Below, in pieces: positions 1 through 12,870 of a DNA stretch of 64,000 nucleotides. The DNA comes from Oopsacas minuta (Eukaryota > Animalia > Porifera), in contig JAKMXF010000304.1 in the NCBI GenBank assembly GCA_024704765.1, positions 81,296-145,295 of the forward strand, given 5' to 3'. The translations under genes and the position numbers were made by a program. The notes beneath the pieces are model-generated. The model saw only the letters and a list, made by a program, of their open reading frames with translations, had not been told where the DNA came from and searched no databases. The number at the start of each line of letters is the position of its first letter. Position 1 is the first letter of the stretch.

Positions 1-2
1 AA

Positions 3-430
3 AAATATGAGTTACCTTGCTTGAGAATTCTGTTCCCTGATCATGTTGGAGGATGTTAGGCACACCGAATGAGAGATAAATTTCCTGTAAACAATCCAAT
101 ATTTCTTTAGAAGTTTTAGTCTTGAGGGGTCGGGCAATTACAAATTTACTCAAGTACTACACGATGACAAGAATGTGCTGAAATCCAAGTACAGTGCGAG
201 ACATATTGCATATGAGATCAATTCCACAATGACACCATGGTTCTTCAGGAGGAGGAATAGGTTGAAGCTCTCGTTGTGGCTGAGGAGGTAGAGCAGCAGA
301 GGTTTGACAGTCATGGCAAGTTCTGATCTAGAACGGGAAATGATTTAATTGTCAGTTTGTAGTCCAGTCTAATGTAATTTGCTACATCCCAGATGTCCAG
401 CTAAAATCAGCATTCCGTCCCGCTTTTTCT
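3..430 (-). pseudogene. Gypsy/Ginger-type integrase fragment (H2C2 Zn-binding + rve core)
   Basis: Minus-strand translation reads AGHLGCSK...IRTCHDCQ...PEEPWCHCGIDL...HILVIV*YLSKFVIARPLKTKTSKEI...FGVPNILQHDQGTEFSSK. It has an in-frame stop, and a GTAACT donor-like site follows EFSSK. It runs off the window edge. Confidence 0.8.
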
Positions 431-633
431 TCACTCAGGTTGGCAAATATGTTTATGTGAAATACTCCCACTACCTATCCCAATTGCTACTAACGCAAGG
501 ATCATTAGTTGTTACATACATGGTTGGTTGGTTGTACCGCACAATATTAATTTTACAATCGCACAAATAAAGCTGTATACAGTAGAATAATTACAAGGTG
601 AATAACCTCAAACTATAAAATCCATGCTGTTCT

Positions 634-811
634 CAGACTTGCCAACCCCTTTTGCAAATTTCCCTGGATTTCACGATATTTCCCCGATACACCTGAAAAT
701 ATCAAGAAATATTGAAAAACATAGCAAAATTTCGCTGGACTTTCAAATTTTTCCCTGGATTAGCAGTGAAATCTCGGGGAATCAAGGGATCGCGGAGGGT
801 TGGTAAGTCTG
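634..811. mobile_element. 178-bp MITE
   Basis: TIRs CAGACTTGCCAACCC / GGGTTGGTAAGTCTG. A direct repeat TGTTCT lies on both sides (628-633, 812-817). Confidence 0.7.
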
Positions 812-2016
812 TGTTCTCAGCCACATTTTCTTGGAAAATCATATATGAAAGAAATAAGTAATTTAGTAACTCACGTAGGATCCAACATCATTGTATATAC
901 CATTCCAATCATATTTGTTTCGGATTCCATCAATGGTAGTCTTCATTCCAAGATGAGTGACATTGTGATAAAATCCGATAATGTTGTCAATTTCTGAGAC
1001 TAGTGGAATCTCCAAGTATTTCACACATCCATTCTTCTTTCTGAAAATCTACAAGAAAAGTTATTGTTCTCAAACTCAGAGGTTGTAGCTAGCATTGAGG
1101 GGCAGTGGAGTCTCCTAGCGTTTTCGCCCTTCTCATCTCCCTATGGTACGCAAATTAATGGGGCAACTACATATCTGCCCCCTCGCAAATATGAAGTTGC
1201 CTCAAGATTTCTAATTATGTCCCCGAAATAAGCATAAATCAAAAATATCAGTTCAGGAATATACCTTCATTAGCTTATTCTCTTGAAAGTAAATCCCCTT
1301 GCACTTTCTGACAAATTTATTTCTGTAGCGATCACTCTTGATATTTGGTGGGATAATATTCGTCTGGAGGTATCCACAATTTGCTTCATACTCTGTCGCA
1401 TCCATAATGAAAGATGTCAAAAGTAAATATAAGTGTTCATGTTGAAATCTAGAAACAAAGTAAGATGTTAGTGTGTGCATTTAGGAAGTCACACATGTAT
1501 AAATACGAATGCTATGTGACTAGGGATGAAATGTTGATGTTACTTGATTTGCAATTGCTACTTGCGGGTCACAATCCTACGCAACAGGCCTCTGAAAAAA
1601 GTGCCTCGAATTTCGAATTTGTATATCAATGGTGTATAGTTGTCCTAACAACGAAGAGTACACTGTGGGATTAAAGCTTTTCTAACTTCAAGTTTTGTAC
1701 TAGCATGGAATACAATGTGTTATAAGAAATTGATCATAAGCGAAAATATTCAAATCTTCTAGAATCAATTTAACTAAAATATAAAAGATTTTTGTAAGAT
1801 ATATTTAATATAGATATAGAAATTGTGGATACAATGACAAACAGATGAGAAATACACAAGATTTTTAACCAAACAAATTGCCCCCCGTTTGCAAGAGGAA
1901 TTACGTAAAGAGATAATCTGAGCTCATGCCCGTTTTGCCGCCTACTATATATGTATATAAATATATCCAGAATTGATTGAAGAAACCGAAAGAGCCACAG
2001 AGATAATTTTGGAATA

Positions 2017-2626
2017 CAGGGTGTTAAGAAATTGATTTCCTGTTAGTTTTTTATGGTTCAATTCATCTTGCGAAAACAATGCCAATTGATATTGCAATCC
2101 TTATCAAAATTAATTATAATTATGAATTATTCATTAATGTAGATTTGAAAACGTTTTATAGATAGGCATTGATTCGTTTCAATAATACTGGGATTATAGT
2201 AGAGCCACCAAATTATTTTCACAAAACATGTTTGAAACATTCTCCTTGGAAAATTTGTCCCGGCTCACAACCTAATTGCAGATATTAATAAGGCTCAAAG
2301 TGGTTATGTTGCTACATAAGTGAAAGATACATGGATATGTAACTTCTGGTATAAAAAGAATGTGAAATCCTTTTATCATGCAATTGAGGAAACTTAGTAA
2401 TCTGAGTCGAATCGACAATAAAAATCGCTAAAATTAATAACAAATCCCTACATGAAAAGTATCACCTTTTGGAAAACTATGAAATTAGCAATTTTGGTAG
2501 ATAATTATTATTGAAATTATCGATAATATATTTGGATCCTTCATGAAAAACATGACAAGAAGATCTGATAATGTGCAACAGTTGTATACATTTCCTAAAA
2601 GAGGAAGTCAATTTCTTGACACCCTG
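2017..2626. mobile_element. Non-autonomous Tc1/mariner-type element (610 bp)
   Basis: TIRs CAGGGTGTTAAGAAATTGATTTCCT / AGGAAGTCAATTTCTTGACACCCTG, TA on both sides, no transposase ORF. Confidence 0.85.
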
Positions 2627-2628
2627 TA

Positions 2629-3989
2629 CAGTAGGCAGACAAAGTATTTGGACAAGTGATCATGAGTTATGTGTCTACAAGCACAATACTTCAATAGGTA
2701 TAATATGAAGAAATGGATATGATTGGACTAGTTTCAGTTTTGTAATGTTCAATTTCAATATTTTGAGAGTATCCTTTCATTTTTCGGATCTCCTTCTCCC
2801 TTTTCGGCAGTGCGTGGTATAGGCTGCGTAGTTCCTTCAAAGAGATGTTGTCCCACTCGGCGAAGATCGACCCCTTTAGTTCGGATAACGATGTTATGTT
2901 TTCTTTGTTCATGCGGACCTTTCGCATCAATATTTCACAAATGTGTTCTATAACATTTTTATCAAGGGATTGTGGAGGCCAATCCAGCGTCTTGATCTTT
3001 TTCTGATAAAACCAATTCATTACACATTAGGCCATTTGGCAGGGTGTATTGTCCTCCATGAAAATTGCCTCCGTATTTTCTTCTTGAACTTTTTCCAGAA
3101 AACTTGGTGGAATCGTTCTAGAATAACAGAAATATACGCATTGGCATTTAAGGAATTAGTTACTTCGATTAGTGGCCCTTTGTCCTTATAGGATATGCAA
3201 CCCCAAAACATGATATTTCCTCCTCTTCCCTAAATTGTTTTCTTCGTACGACTTGGTAAAAATCTCTCACTCTTTTTCCTCCAAATTTTAACTCGATCAT
3301 CATAAGTAATTAGGTTGAATTTTGATTCATCACTAAAGATAACATTCTTCCAATGTTTTAGACCCCAAGATTTATATTTATGATAATATGTTAACCTTTT
3401 TTTCGATTTATTGCATTGATCATAGGTTTTTTTCAATTTGCCCGAGCTCTGAATCCCATGCTGTGCATCTTGCGCCTTATAGTCTTCATTGATAGAAGAT
3501 CATCTCTATTTAGATTGAAGAGAGCAGTAATCCGCTTTAGAGGTGTTGATCTATTTGCCCTTACGATCTTTTTAATTTCTCAAATCCCTATTTGTTATAT
3601 GGGCGGGACGGCCAATTCTCTTTAGATTGGCGGTTGTTCCAAGTCTCCGCCACTTGCTCGCAATATAGGAAACAGTTGGGTGCCGAATGCATAACATTCT
3701 TGCGATTTCGCGAATACCATGCTTGCCAACGAGTAAACCAATTATTCTTTCACGTGAACCCAACGAAACCTCTCGAGTTTTAGGCATAAGTAGAATCTAA
3801 ACACAGGCAGAAATCTAAAGATATAAAATGTCAAGTTGGATAATATCTCACGATCCAATTTAATTAAGTTTTTAAACCTATACCGAATATTCTTGGGAGG
3901 TCGTTTTGATGTATACGTGGATCAACATATTAGTATGAATCATATACTACGCAACGCATGTGTTTCCAAATACATTTGTCTGCGTACTG
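2629..3989 (-). mobile_element. Full-length decayed Tc1 element (DD34E)
   Basis: TIRs CAGTAGGCAGACAAAGTATTTGGA / TCCAAATACATTTGTCTGCGTACTG with TA TSD. ORF pieces 3572-3787 (paired-like HTH), 3230-3436 (VIFSDESKF), 3020-3211 and 2691-3020 (WPPQSLDKNVIE). There are 34 residues between the second D (MEDN) and E. Confidence 0.93.
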
Positions 3990-4938
3990 TACATTATCAG
4001 TAAATTTGCACTCATGAAATAGTGTCCATGATGTAAACAATATCTCCATTTACTCTAGGAGATAAGGGTTTTATGTCCTAATCCGGCACGTTAATTTGGA
4101 CATGTGCCGCAAATTTGCCACTTGCTCCACCATATCTACGCCATTGATTGTAACGGTTATTGAGTTATAAGTATATATTGACAAACAGGTACAAACCATG
4201 GCATCAGCTATAACTCAAGACATTATCAACTTTATTATAGCATTTTTTGATGTTTTGTACAAAATATATTTCAAAATATTTAATATTTGAATTTTAAAAT
4301 CAATTTCAATGTTTAGCGTTTTATAGTGCTTCAAAGTAGCAGCAGTATTCCAACATATCAGTCTATTAGGCGATAACCCCTTTTCTACCTGGAAATATTT
4401 TCTAGATATGGAATGTGTTATTCATTGTACCATATTTGTGAAACTTGACGATAGATTTAGTATATTTGCCAATATCTTTAATCTGTTGTACCTCGAATCA
4501 GATACAATCTGCTTCTTGTTTATCCCTGGTCCAGAAAATAGTTGTTGTTTCTAACCCTTATTTTAGGTGATATCTGAATTGCCGTATCAGAGAAACTGAA
4601 TTCGGATCAGGGAAAAAAATTGAGAACGGACTAAATGGAAAAATGAGTTTAACAGATAATGACTATGATTAGCCTCTTTACTCTCTCTTCCATTAATGTA
4701 AAGAAAAATGGATCAAATTGAAATATCCAATGCTTTAAATCTTATAGTCTGAGAAAAAGTTGATGTCAACAAACTTTAATGAAGAATAATATCATTTAGT
4801 AGGTTAAATACAAGCACAATCATGTAAAATGTAATTATGTTTCAATTAAACAACGTTCCATGATAATAATTGGATTATAATCAACTTTTTTAAATGTTTA
4901 AATCATATTTACATAGTTACAAATGAGACAAATTTTTC

Positions 4939-4964
4939 CTATTTCCATGTGTTGAACCACTGTG
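4939..4964 (-). repeat. Orphan Transib/RAG1L-type terminal inverted repeat (short-spacer end)
   Basis: Reverse complement reads CACAGTG-GTTCAACACATGGA(14)-AATAG, the same architecture as the ends of elements A and B. No partner end was found in the window. Confidence 0.6.
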
Positions 4965-5365
4965 GGCAGGGTTTCATCCAGGCGCGTATTTTAAAAAGAT
5001 ATTATAGTTAAGCGCGGGAAAGTTTTAACAGCTAGGCGCATAACACGCGCCTAGGTTAGTATTGACAAATAATTTAATGGGTTACGTCGATGTATAAAAT
5101 CCTATATATTGAGTTATATAACAGTTTATAAGATGAATTCAGTTGTTGAATTCATTGATATTTTAAAATAATTCGGAAAGGTATAATTAACGGGATGAAG
5201 CTTGATAATTCACGATATGTATGTCGAGTCCTAATACTACTAGATAGCAGAAACTGTGATTATTCATAATAGTCTTGGGTTCATGCGCCAAAGCTTGAAT
5301 ACTTGGTCAATGAATACATCGAAATAAGAATTCGGTAAAGTTCTTGCAAATTATAAGGCCAATTA

Positions 5366-5384
5366 NNNNNNNNNNNNNNNNNNN
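5366..5384. other. Assembly gap (N run)
   Basis: 19 consecutive N. Confidence 1.
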
Positions 5385-5460
5385 AGAAACCTTCAAGAAG
5401 TATTGTAAACATATCTATATGGTATCCTTTAGAAAATTGTTAATTGACTTGAATTAAATT

Positions 5461-5525
5461 CGGTCTCATTCCATTCGGTCTTATTCTATTTGGTCTTATT
5501 CCATTCGGTCTTATTCATGTTTCCC
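5461..5525 (-). repeat. Terminal repeat array of a probable MULE-type element inserted in a mariner
   Basis: Four tandem ~15-bp units (CGGTCTTATTCCATT) ending in ...ATGTTTCCC. Similarity to the 61465-62769 mariner stops at this point. Confidence 0.5.
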
Positions 5526-6473
5526 TTTTCAATTAAAATTTTCATTACTCGAGTTCCGGTTTTCGGGTAGCACTTTTCTATCTTCTTTATCAAGTTTGGA
5601 AGCACTTCCTCTGTAAAGAAAGTAGCAATAACAGCCTAGCCATTCTCGCAAGGTAACTGCAAGCCAATTCCATGACCACTGAAGAAAATGGTATACATAA
5701 TCTTAGAGTTTCTGAAGTCGGGACTAGGAACTTTCGCCGGTAGTTCGTTGCCCCTCACCTATGATCGCCTCTTATACTTACTATATGGTGTTGAATAGTA
5801 TACCCACGTCTCGTCACCAGAAATAACCTCTGTTGCAGTTCTCATAAGTTTCCAAGAGTTTCTTGGCAATGTTCAGTCGTGCCACCTTTGATTCTCACTG
5901 AGCTTATGCGGGTCCATTTCCCACAAATCGATCGGTAGCCAAGCTCAGTCGTCAGAATTGTATGAATAGCTTCCGATGAAATCTCCATACTTTGTTGTAA
6001 CTGATTGACAGTAATGCACTTGTCTTCCATGACCATACTTTCAATGAGTGCGATATTCTCTGAAGTTGTGGCAGATACCAGTCTTCCAGATCGAGGCAAA
6101 TCTGTGACATCAGCATCACCAGATCTAAAACGGGCAGCCCATCGCTCTACAGTAGATCTGGAATGGCAATCCACGCACAATATCTCCTGTAACTCGCTGA
6201 AGATCTGTATGGGCTGGATCTTGAGTATTGTGCGCAACTCTAGGTAAGCTCGCCATTTGAGGTTGAAATTATCCTATGAAGCCATAAATTTATCATTAAT
6301 TATGAATTGCCTACGCCTAATTATCTCAGAAAATCACAATTTGATTGAATAAGCTTGAAACTTTCTGTATATGAAGTTTAACTATATGGACTTATAATAT
6401 ATGAAAGTGAGACATAATACTTGAGTAGTTCTTGAGATATAACATGACTCGCAAGACTTATTGAACGCCCTGA
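5526..6473 (-). mobile_element. Mariner element, 3'-interrupted (same family as 61465-62769)
   Basis: 5' TIR TCAGGGCGTTCAATAAGTC with TA at 6474-6475. ORF 5842-6237 has mariner HTH motifs (TVERWAARFRSG, DLPRSGR, LGYRSICGKW). The noncoding 5' part matches 61465-61680 closely. Confidence 0.88.
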
Positions 6474-6761
6474 TAAATGCACTTCGAAAGTGCAAAGTTC
6501 TGTAAACAAATTGTTGCTAAGGGGAGCTATGGTCCAGTCAACAATAAATCAACCTGTGATAAAGCTGCACTGTTGAAGGATTTTGTAGAAATTAGAAAGA
6601 AAAATATATCGATTTTAGGCGTTGAATTATTTGATATGTCAAACTTCGTGGTTACAATCGATTAGCCACATATCAATCTAAAATTTGCTTAACTACTGAT
6701 ATCTTTTTCAGTAGATCAAGACGATCGATTAGGCATCAGTGTATCCGTAACCTAAGTATTA

Positions 6762-8064
6762 CGAGGGGTACTCAATAGGTTTTGAGCCTAAGTATCAAAA
6801 AGCATCAATCTATATATATTTCACTATAATTAGTCGAAATAGCATCCCTTAGCTTGAGTACACTTGTTCATTCGCTGAAACAAAGCCTGAATAGATTCTT
6901 TAAATTCATTTTCGTTGATATCTCCGATCACTTCTCTGAGGGCCCCCTCAAGTTCAGAATTCGATGAAAAATTTCTGCCTTTAAGGTAGTTTGTTATTCT
7001 AGGAGGTGCCAGAAGTCGCAGGGGGCTAGATCTGGAGAATAAGGGGGGTGGCAAAATATGTAGCCCTGATTCTTCAGTGAATTGTCTTGTCATTTTTTAT
7101 GTATGAGAACTGGCATTATCGTGGTGCAAAAAGGTTCCCCTTAATCGTGTGTCAGGATGCTGTAAATTTATTGCTTTTATGACTAGAGGCAAACAACTCT
7201 CTGAATGCCAGGTTGAATTAATTGTCTTACCAGGTTCAAGAGGTACAACAGTTTTAACACCCGTTGTATTAAAAAAGATTGGATACATTTGTTTCTTGGT
7301 GTACTGAGGTCTGCGAACCTTTGTTGGGGAACTTTCTCCAATTTCACACCATTGATGGATCTGCTGCTTTGTTTCTGGATCATTGTGATAGATCCATGTT
7401 TCGTCACCAGTTATTATCTTGGAAACATCTCTACTGTTGCCATTGTTGAATTTTTAAGCATTTCATGGCACAATTTCACTCGATTCTGCTTCTGCTCAGG
7501 ATGAAGCTGATGTGGGATCCAGTGGGCACAAAGTTTATGCAGCCGAAGGGATTGGTGTAAAACGGTGTGTACTGCCCCGGATGAAATGCCAATTTCATGC
7601 TGAATCTTCTCATATGTAACATTTGGGTCTGCTATCACCATTTCCTCAATTGACTCAACAATTCCCTCTGTAACAGCGTATGGGGGTGGTCCAGGGCGGG
7701 GTTGGTCTTCAAGAAGAAAATTCGCACAATTAAATTCTTTATACCATCTTTTCACGGTTACCGTAGATACCTTGTTATTTGGAAAGGCTGTACAGAAATT
7801 TTCGTGACTTTTTGTTATTGTTTTCAAAGTTGGAACTGAAAAAGTATTATCGCACGAATATCACGCCTTGACAACTGTATTGAGGATTTGGTGACTAAGG
7901 AATCCATAGATAATAAAACTACTGCTATCTGAAAAGTATACAAGATTAAGTTACAAGATTTTCAGCGAAGTACATTTATCCCATGTATATTCGAAAGAAG
8001 TAATGGTTTACTTATATAAGAGTACGCAACATAATCAGGCTCAAAACTTATTGAGTGCCCCTCG
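6762..8064 (-). mobile_element. Full-length decayed mariner element (1303 bp)
   Basis: TIRs CGAGGGGTACTCAATAGGTTTTGAGCCT / AGGCTCAAAACTTATTGAGTGCCCCTCG with TA TSD. Frameshifted ORF pieces 7414-7827 (WIPHQL), 7097-7288 (HHDNASSH) and 6830-7093 (RMNKCTQAKGCYFD). Confidence 0.93.
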
Positions 8065-8279
8065 TATAAGCCTGACTGTTCATTTGGATCATGGATTAGT
8101 TAAAGTGCATACATTGAATTCGATATGTTGGGATTAATACCATTGTATTTCACAATATTCGTACCAAATGGTAGATAGAAAGTAATCATATTTTACAGTA
8201 CAATAAAAATTGTATAAATATAGAAATAAGAAGTGCTAGGGCAACAAAGACTGCCAACAGCAAATTACTAATTATTTAT

Positions 8280-11088
8280 CTGAATTTGGTATATTTACGA
8301 GAGTTATGCGAGCTTTCAGTTAATATCCTTTTCAACGAATTCATGTTCTTCCCTTCGTTAGCTAGGATACAGTTGGTTGTTGAAAAAATAATTTTCTTTA
8401 AGAGATTCCATCCTATTGTGTCACAAGGGGGTATTTGTTTCCTCAAAACTCAGTTTCATTACTCTCGATTACATTTAATGTTAAGGAAACTAAGATCATC
8501 CGAAATGGACTTGTTATAAAGAGATTGAAGAGACTAGAATCCATTTCGATCCTGGAGTAGACCTTCCACAAAATTACAACTGCTTCAAGTACTGGACCTG
8601 AAGGCTACTTAAGGCCTCCTCTGTCAATCAAACATATTAAACAATAGACAGGATCAGTTATATCTAATTCGTAAGTATCTTCTTCAACAAGACTTGACAA
8701 GCACTGAGGCAAATACTGCTCACTTCTTCCGTATCTCATACACCAGAAGAGTGAGTAATACCTCGCTTAGAATTGAAAACACTTTTAAAGATGGAATGAA
8801 CACAATAACCGGCAATAAAGGCTAAAGATTGAATGAGAGAAGTATCGAGTACGATTGGTGTCTCCTCTTCATTGAACACTCTGTTATCGGGGTCTAAATC
8901 GACTATATTGTCATCGCTACATTCTTCGGAGAAAAAATGACTTCAGAAATTTTTTAATGAGATTGAGCTCTTACCCGGAGTACTAGAGGTGAACAACTTC
9001 AGAATTGCAGAAATCTTAATTAGTCTCTCACTTTGCTAAACCTGGCAAAATGTAACATTTTACTGGTCACCGCTCTTCATTCGGTAAATCCCAAAGTGAT
9101 CTTCGATTAGGTCGTTTTGAAGGAAAGAACTAAGAGCATAGGCAAAACCACAGTTTTGGTAAGATGGGTGACTATCCCTTCAAGGACAATACATGAATGG
9201 CGAAAACTGGTAAAGGTTTGTACAGTGAGTTTTCGTGATTTTGGGGTAAAGTTCTCCATTCATCAAGCCATTTCACAACATCTGAAAGAAATACAAACCG
9301 AATGTCATTACTCTGTAGTGGCATAGAAAGCGCGTCATTTAGACGGATGTCTTTATTAGGTCTATTAATGTTGAAGATCTTCCATACCTTACAAATAAGG
9401 CAATGAACTAAGCTATTCCTGAAAGTTGACCATATTTAGAAGCATGGACTGTTAAAGCTGCAGCGGTTGAGTAGTCAAATAAGCGAAGTGCTAAATTGAC
9501 ATTTCTGTCTTTCAAGGCTAGATAGCCAGGAAGATTTGGCTGTTAATCGGTAGGCTGTCTTAGCGACAGAATTTGCTCAAGTTTAAAGAGATTCCGAAGG
9601 ATTTGAAATGGTAACTTTAAAGTATATTCGCAGGATACGAATGAAGGGCAGCTAAACGTGTGATTAGAATCGATTTGATTTATACAATTATTTCTTCCTG
9701 TTTTGGTGATGTAGACAAAGTCGAAGATACAGAGGTCCACATGGGGGATAGTAACTTAAACAGATTCACATTCAGAGGGTAGTCATCTGTACAAATAACT
9801 TGAATTTGAAGATTGCAACTTTCTACATCCTTGATTACTTCATGTAAAATAGGTAGTATTTGAGTAGCTGAAGATTTTGCGCAAGGTAGGAGTCGTACAA
9901 CTGTAGACCATTTTTTGCATAAACTTGATATCATAAATGCTAGAACTGTGTTGTTGAAGAGCCGAGTTTTCTCCCACATGATTAAGAAAACTCTGATTAG
10001 ACATGTATTTTATCCATATGTAATGTAACATTCCTTTCTTGGTTATTGAAATTAGCAGTAGAAGCCTTCAAATATGTTTGCAACTCACACTCTAAGCCTA
10101 TTGTTCCATAAAGACTACGTAGAGTTGTTGGGTGGGGAAATATTAAACAATTCAAAGACTGTAAGTAGCTGTAGCAAGTAGAAGATATAAAATGAGATTT
10201 TAGAGCTAGCATCATTGTAACAATATTGTACCGTCTTCGATTTTTAGAAATTAGTGTATTCTCAAGTTGGCACAGTAGAAATTTTAACTGTTGTAACAAT
10301 TCTGAATATTTCTCTAGCATATCGTTCGAAGTTCCTATCTTCGAAATCGTAATTTCAATGTTAGAAGTAGCTTGGCGAATACAGTTTTCAACAGGGTCCT
10401 TAATGTATGCAAAAACTTCGCTGATAATGGTATCGATTTCACGAATATCACTGAGATTGTGTATTGCGAATGAATTTGGATGTTTTGATAGAAGCCTGTA
10501 GGAGTTAAGGCGCCATTAATTGAAACATATGCTGGTATATATACATATATGTTTGTCTTTTGACAGCTTTAGCAAGTTAATAGAAGTGTCATCGGAAAAC
10601 CATTTAACCCAAGAAGAAGGTAGTTCAAATTCTTCGAGTTTACATTTTAGCTCTCCTAATGATTTGACCCCGAGATTACTATCCTCAGCTTTATGAAGAT
10701 CAAAGCTCTGTTCTAAAGTTTGAAAGAACAATTTACTCTCGATCTTCCCACGATCTAAACTTTCAGGCTTCGGGGATGATGAGCTAAGATACTTGGGACA
10801 ACTTGGAAGAAGACAAGGTATAGCTATCTTATGTAGAATTGGTCGCCGAGAAATTTTTTGCAATGAGCCATCAGGTTGAGGCATATCCATTTCAGTGATG
10901 ACATCTTCAGTACGAAAGTGATTAGAATAAACAAATACGTTTTCTAGATCTTCAGTATCCTCCCTGTGTAGACCACGTAGCCATTTTTCTCTAAGTTCAG
11001 AGTTTGAGGGTATTCTGAATACTGGTGTATATGGCTCCCCTGAATAATTACTCCGACATCCAGGTGCAGAGCAAGTGTTACGCATCAA
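8280..11088 (-). pseudogene. THAP-domain P-element-superfamily transposase pseudogene
   Basis: N-terminal THAP (CSAPGCRSNY...FRIP...REKW...NHF), then FPHPTTLR, LHMDKIHV, AFMISSL...VICTDDYPLN and a C-terminal DRGGLK*PS. Multiple stops and frameshifts; TIRs not identified. Confidence 0.85.
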
Positions 11089-11194
11089 GGTTAATCAGTG
11101 ATGAAACAGAATTTCAGAATAAGATGATAATGTAAAATCCTAAATAACGAAAGGCTTGGGAACATAATCTCGACCTAATAATATATATACCCAT

Positions 11195-12870
11195 GATACA
11201 AATTTCAAGAGGACCTATATCAAGAGACTGTAGGAGATTTTGGAATGTAGTGATTGGGAGACCATGATGTAATTACTGTAATAGCGCTTTTCTGTTAGCT
11301 ATAGATGGAATACATATAAGCAATCCCTGGGAAATGCAAAGTAATTGTTGATCTTCATCAATCCGGATGGAGGATGAGGGGATTTCTTTCACTGTGCCAA
11401 GAGTAATACCATCAAAGATCACAACATCGGTAGAATCTTGGCATTTGGAACAAGTCAAACTCTTTCCGTAATTAATATTAATGAGACGGAGATAAGCATT
11501 CAAGCTTGATGGAAAACATGACAATATATTTTCCCAGATCTGCCTAAATGTTTTAGCTTCCGATTCTTTGCTCTAATAAAGAAAGTGCTCATAACATTCA
11601 GAAGATGTCATTGGCATAGGTAATTATATACATACCTGATATATCCTTGATTAGTATTTCTTGACATGGTCATCAATTCGCTGTAATCATACAATAACGA
11701 ATAGTGGATGAAGTAGGGATTGTTTAAATTGAGTAGTAGATCAGAGGACCCATCATAACTTGCGACACAATTGCAAGGGCCAGAGCAGGTTGCTTTGAAT
11801 ACTAATAGAGGAAGAATTCATTGTGGAAATTTTGGTGGATTTGAACCACTATGTACTTTTAATAAGAAATGTATTGTGCGAAATTGCATGAGAAGTTTAC
11901 ATATCCATACCTTGGTTGTCTGACAAGCTTATGACATCACAATCTTGGTCGCTTATGATTCCCTTAGTTGTTCGAGCTGGCACTGGGTCGTGAAATGGAT
12001 AGTAATTGATTCAATGAAACATTTCGGGGTAATTATCTGCTAGAAAATGAATTCCACTTATGAGTTGCTCATTGTATATACCGGATTTTTGTCATCAAGA
12101 TATACAGGAATTGGGGTTTTGGACACTGTTGGGTAATTCTCTTCCACATAATTCACTGTCTCTGGTATTGAATGTGATACTACTCTTAATAATGCAGATT
12201 TAGGATTATAGGCTTTGACACAAGTTATGAAATACCAATGTCCTTCCTGTGAGATACAATAAATTACACATTTTTTCAGAAACCAAAACGGAGTTCTCCT
12301 TAATTTTCTAATAGATCTAGTATCTCAGTAGGATAATTAGAGAATATAGAATGCGTAATTAAGGAGAACTCCAGGAGTAGAGTATATTTTCATATACCTT
12401 CCAATTAAATATGTGTATTGTAGTATCATCCTTTAGGATAATAGATTTATCTGTTAAAAAGAAAACTTTAGTGAATCTTTACATTTGGCCTCAAACTTCT
12501 AGAAAGAGTTGGTCGTCAATAACTATTTGGGCAGCTTTTTCGTGGATACACTGTCTATCATTGTAAGTAGTACGTAAGAGCGAATTTACTGTCACAATAG
12601 CAGATTTGCAGAGGGTTTTATCTGGGAAAATATTCTTCAATAAATTACATAATTCAAATATGGTTGATACTTTATGAAATCAAGAAACAAACTAACCTTC
12701 ATCATCAATGTAATCGTACATAGCAACAATCCTTGTATCCGCTAACTTCCACAGTTCACTCCTGTATAGTAGGGAGTGTAAGTAACTGTCGATCCAGGAA
12801 AGGTTTATTATATGAAGAGAAATTTTATCATTCTTTGACTCGGGGAATTCATATGTATACTCCAGTTCCT
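11195..12870 (-). pseudogene. Intron-containing Cys-cluster pseudogene, KDZ-transposase-associated/HMGXB3-like
   Basis: Translation reads CSGPCNCVASYDGSSDLLLNLNNPYFIHYSLLYDY and YLRLININYGKSLTCSKCQDSTDVVIFDGITLG, with at least one ~55-bp GT..AG intron plus a further GT donor site and in-frame stops. The family call is from motif memory only. Confidence 0.4.

Noticed and set aside
1661-1667. CACTGTG heptamer as a Transib end
   Set aside because: No ANTAG at 14 or 23 nt, no partner or TSD, and a 7-mer is expected by chance.
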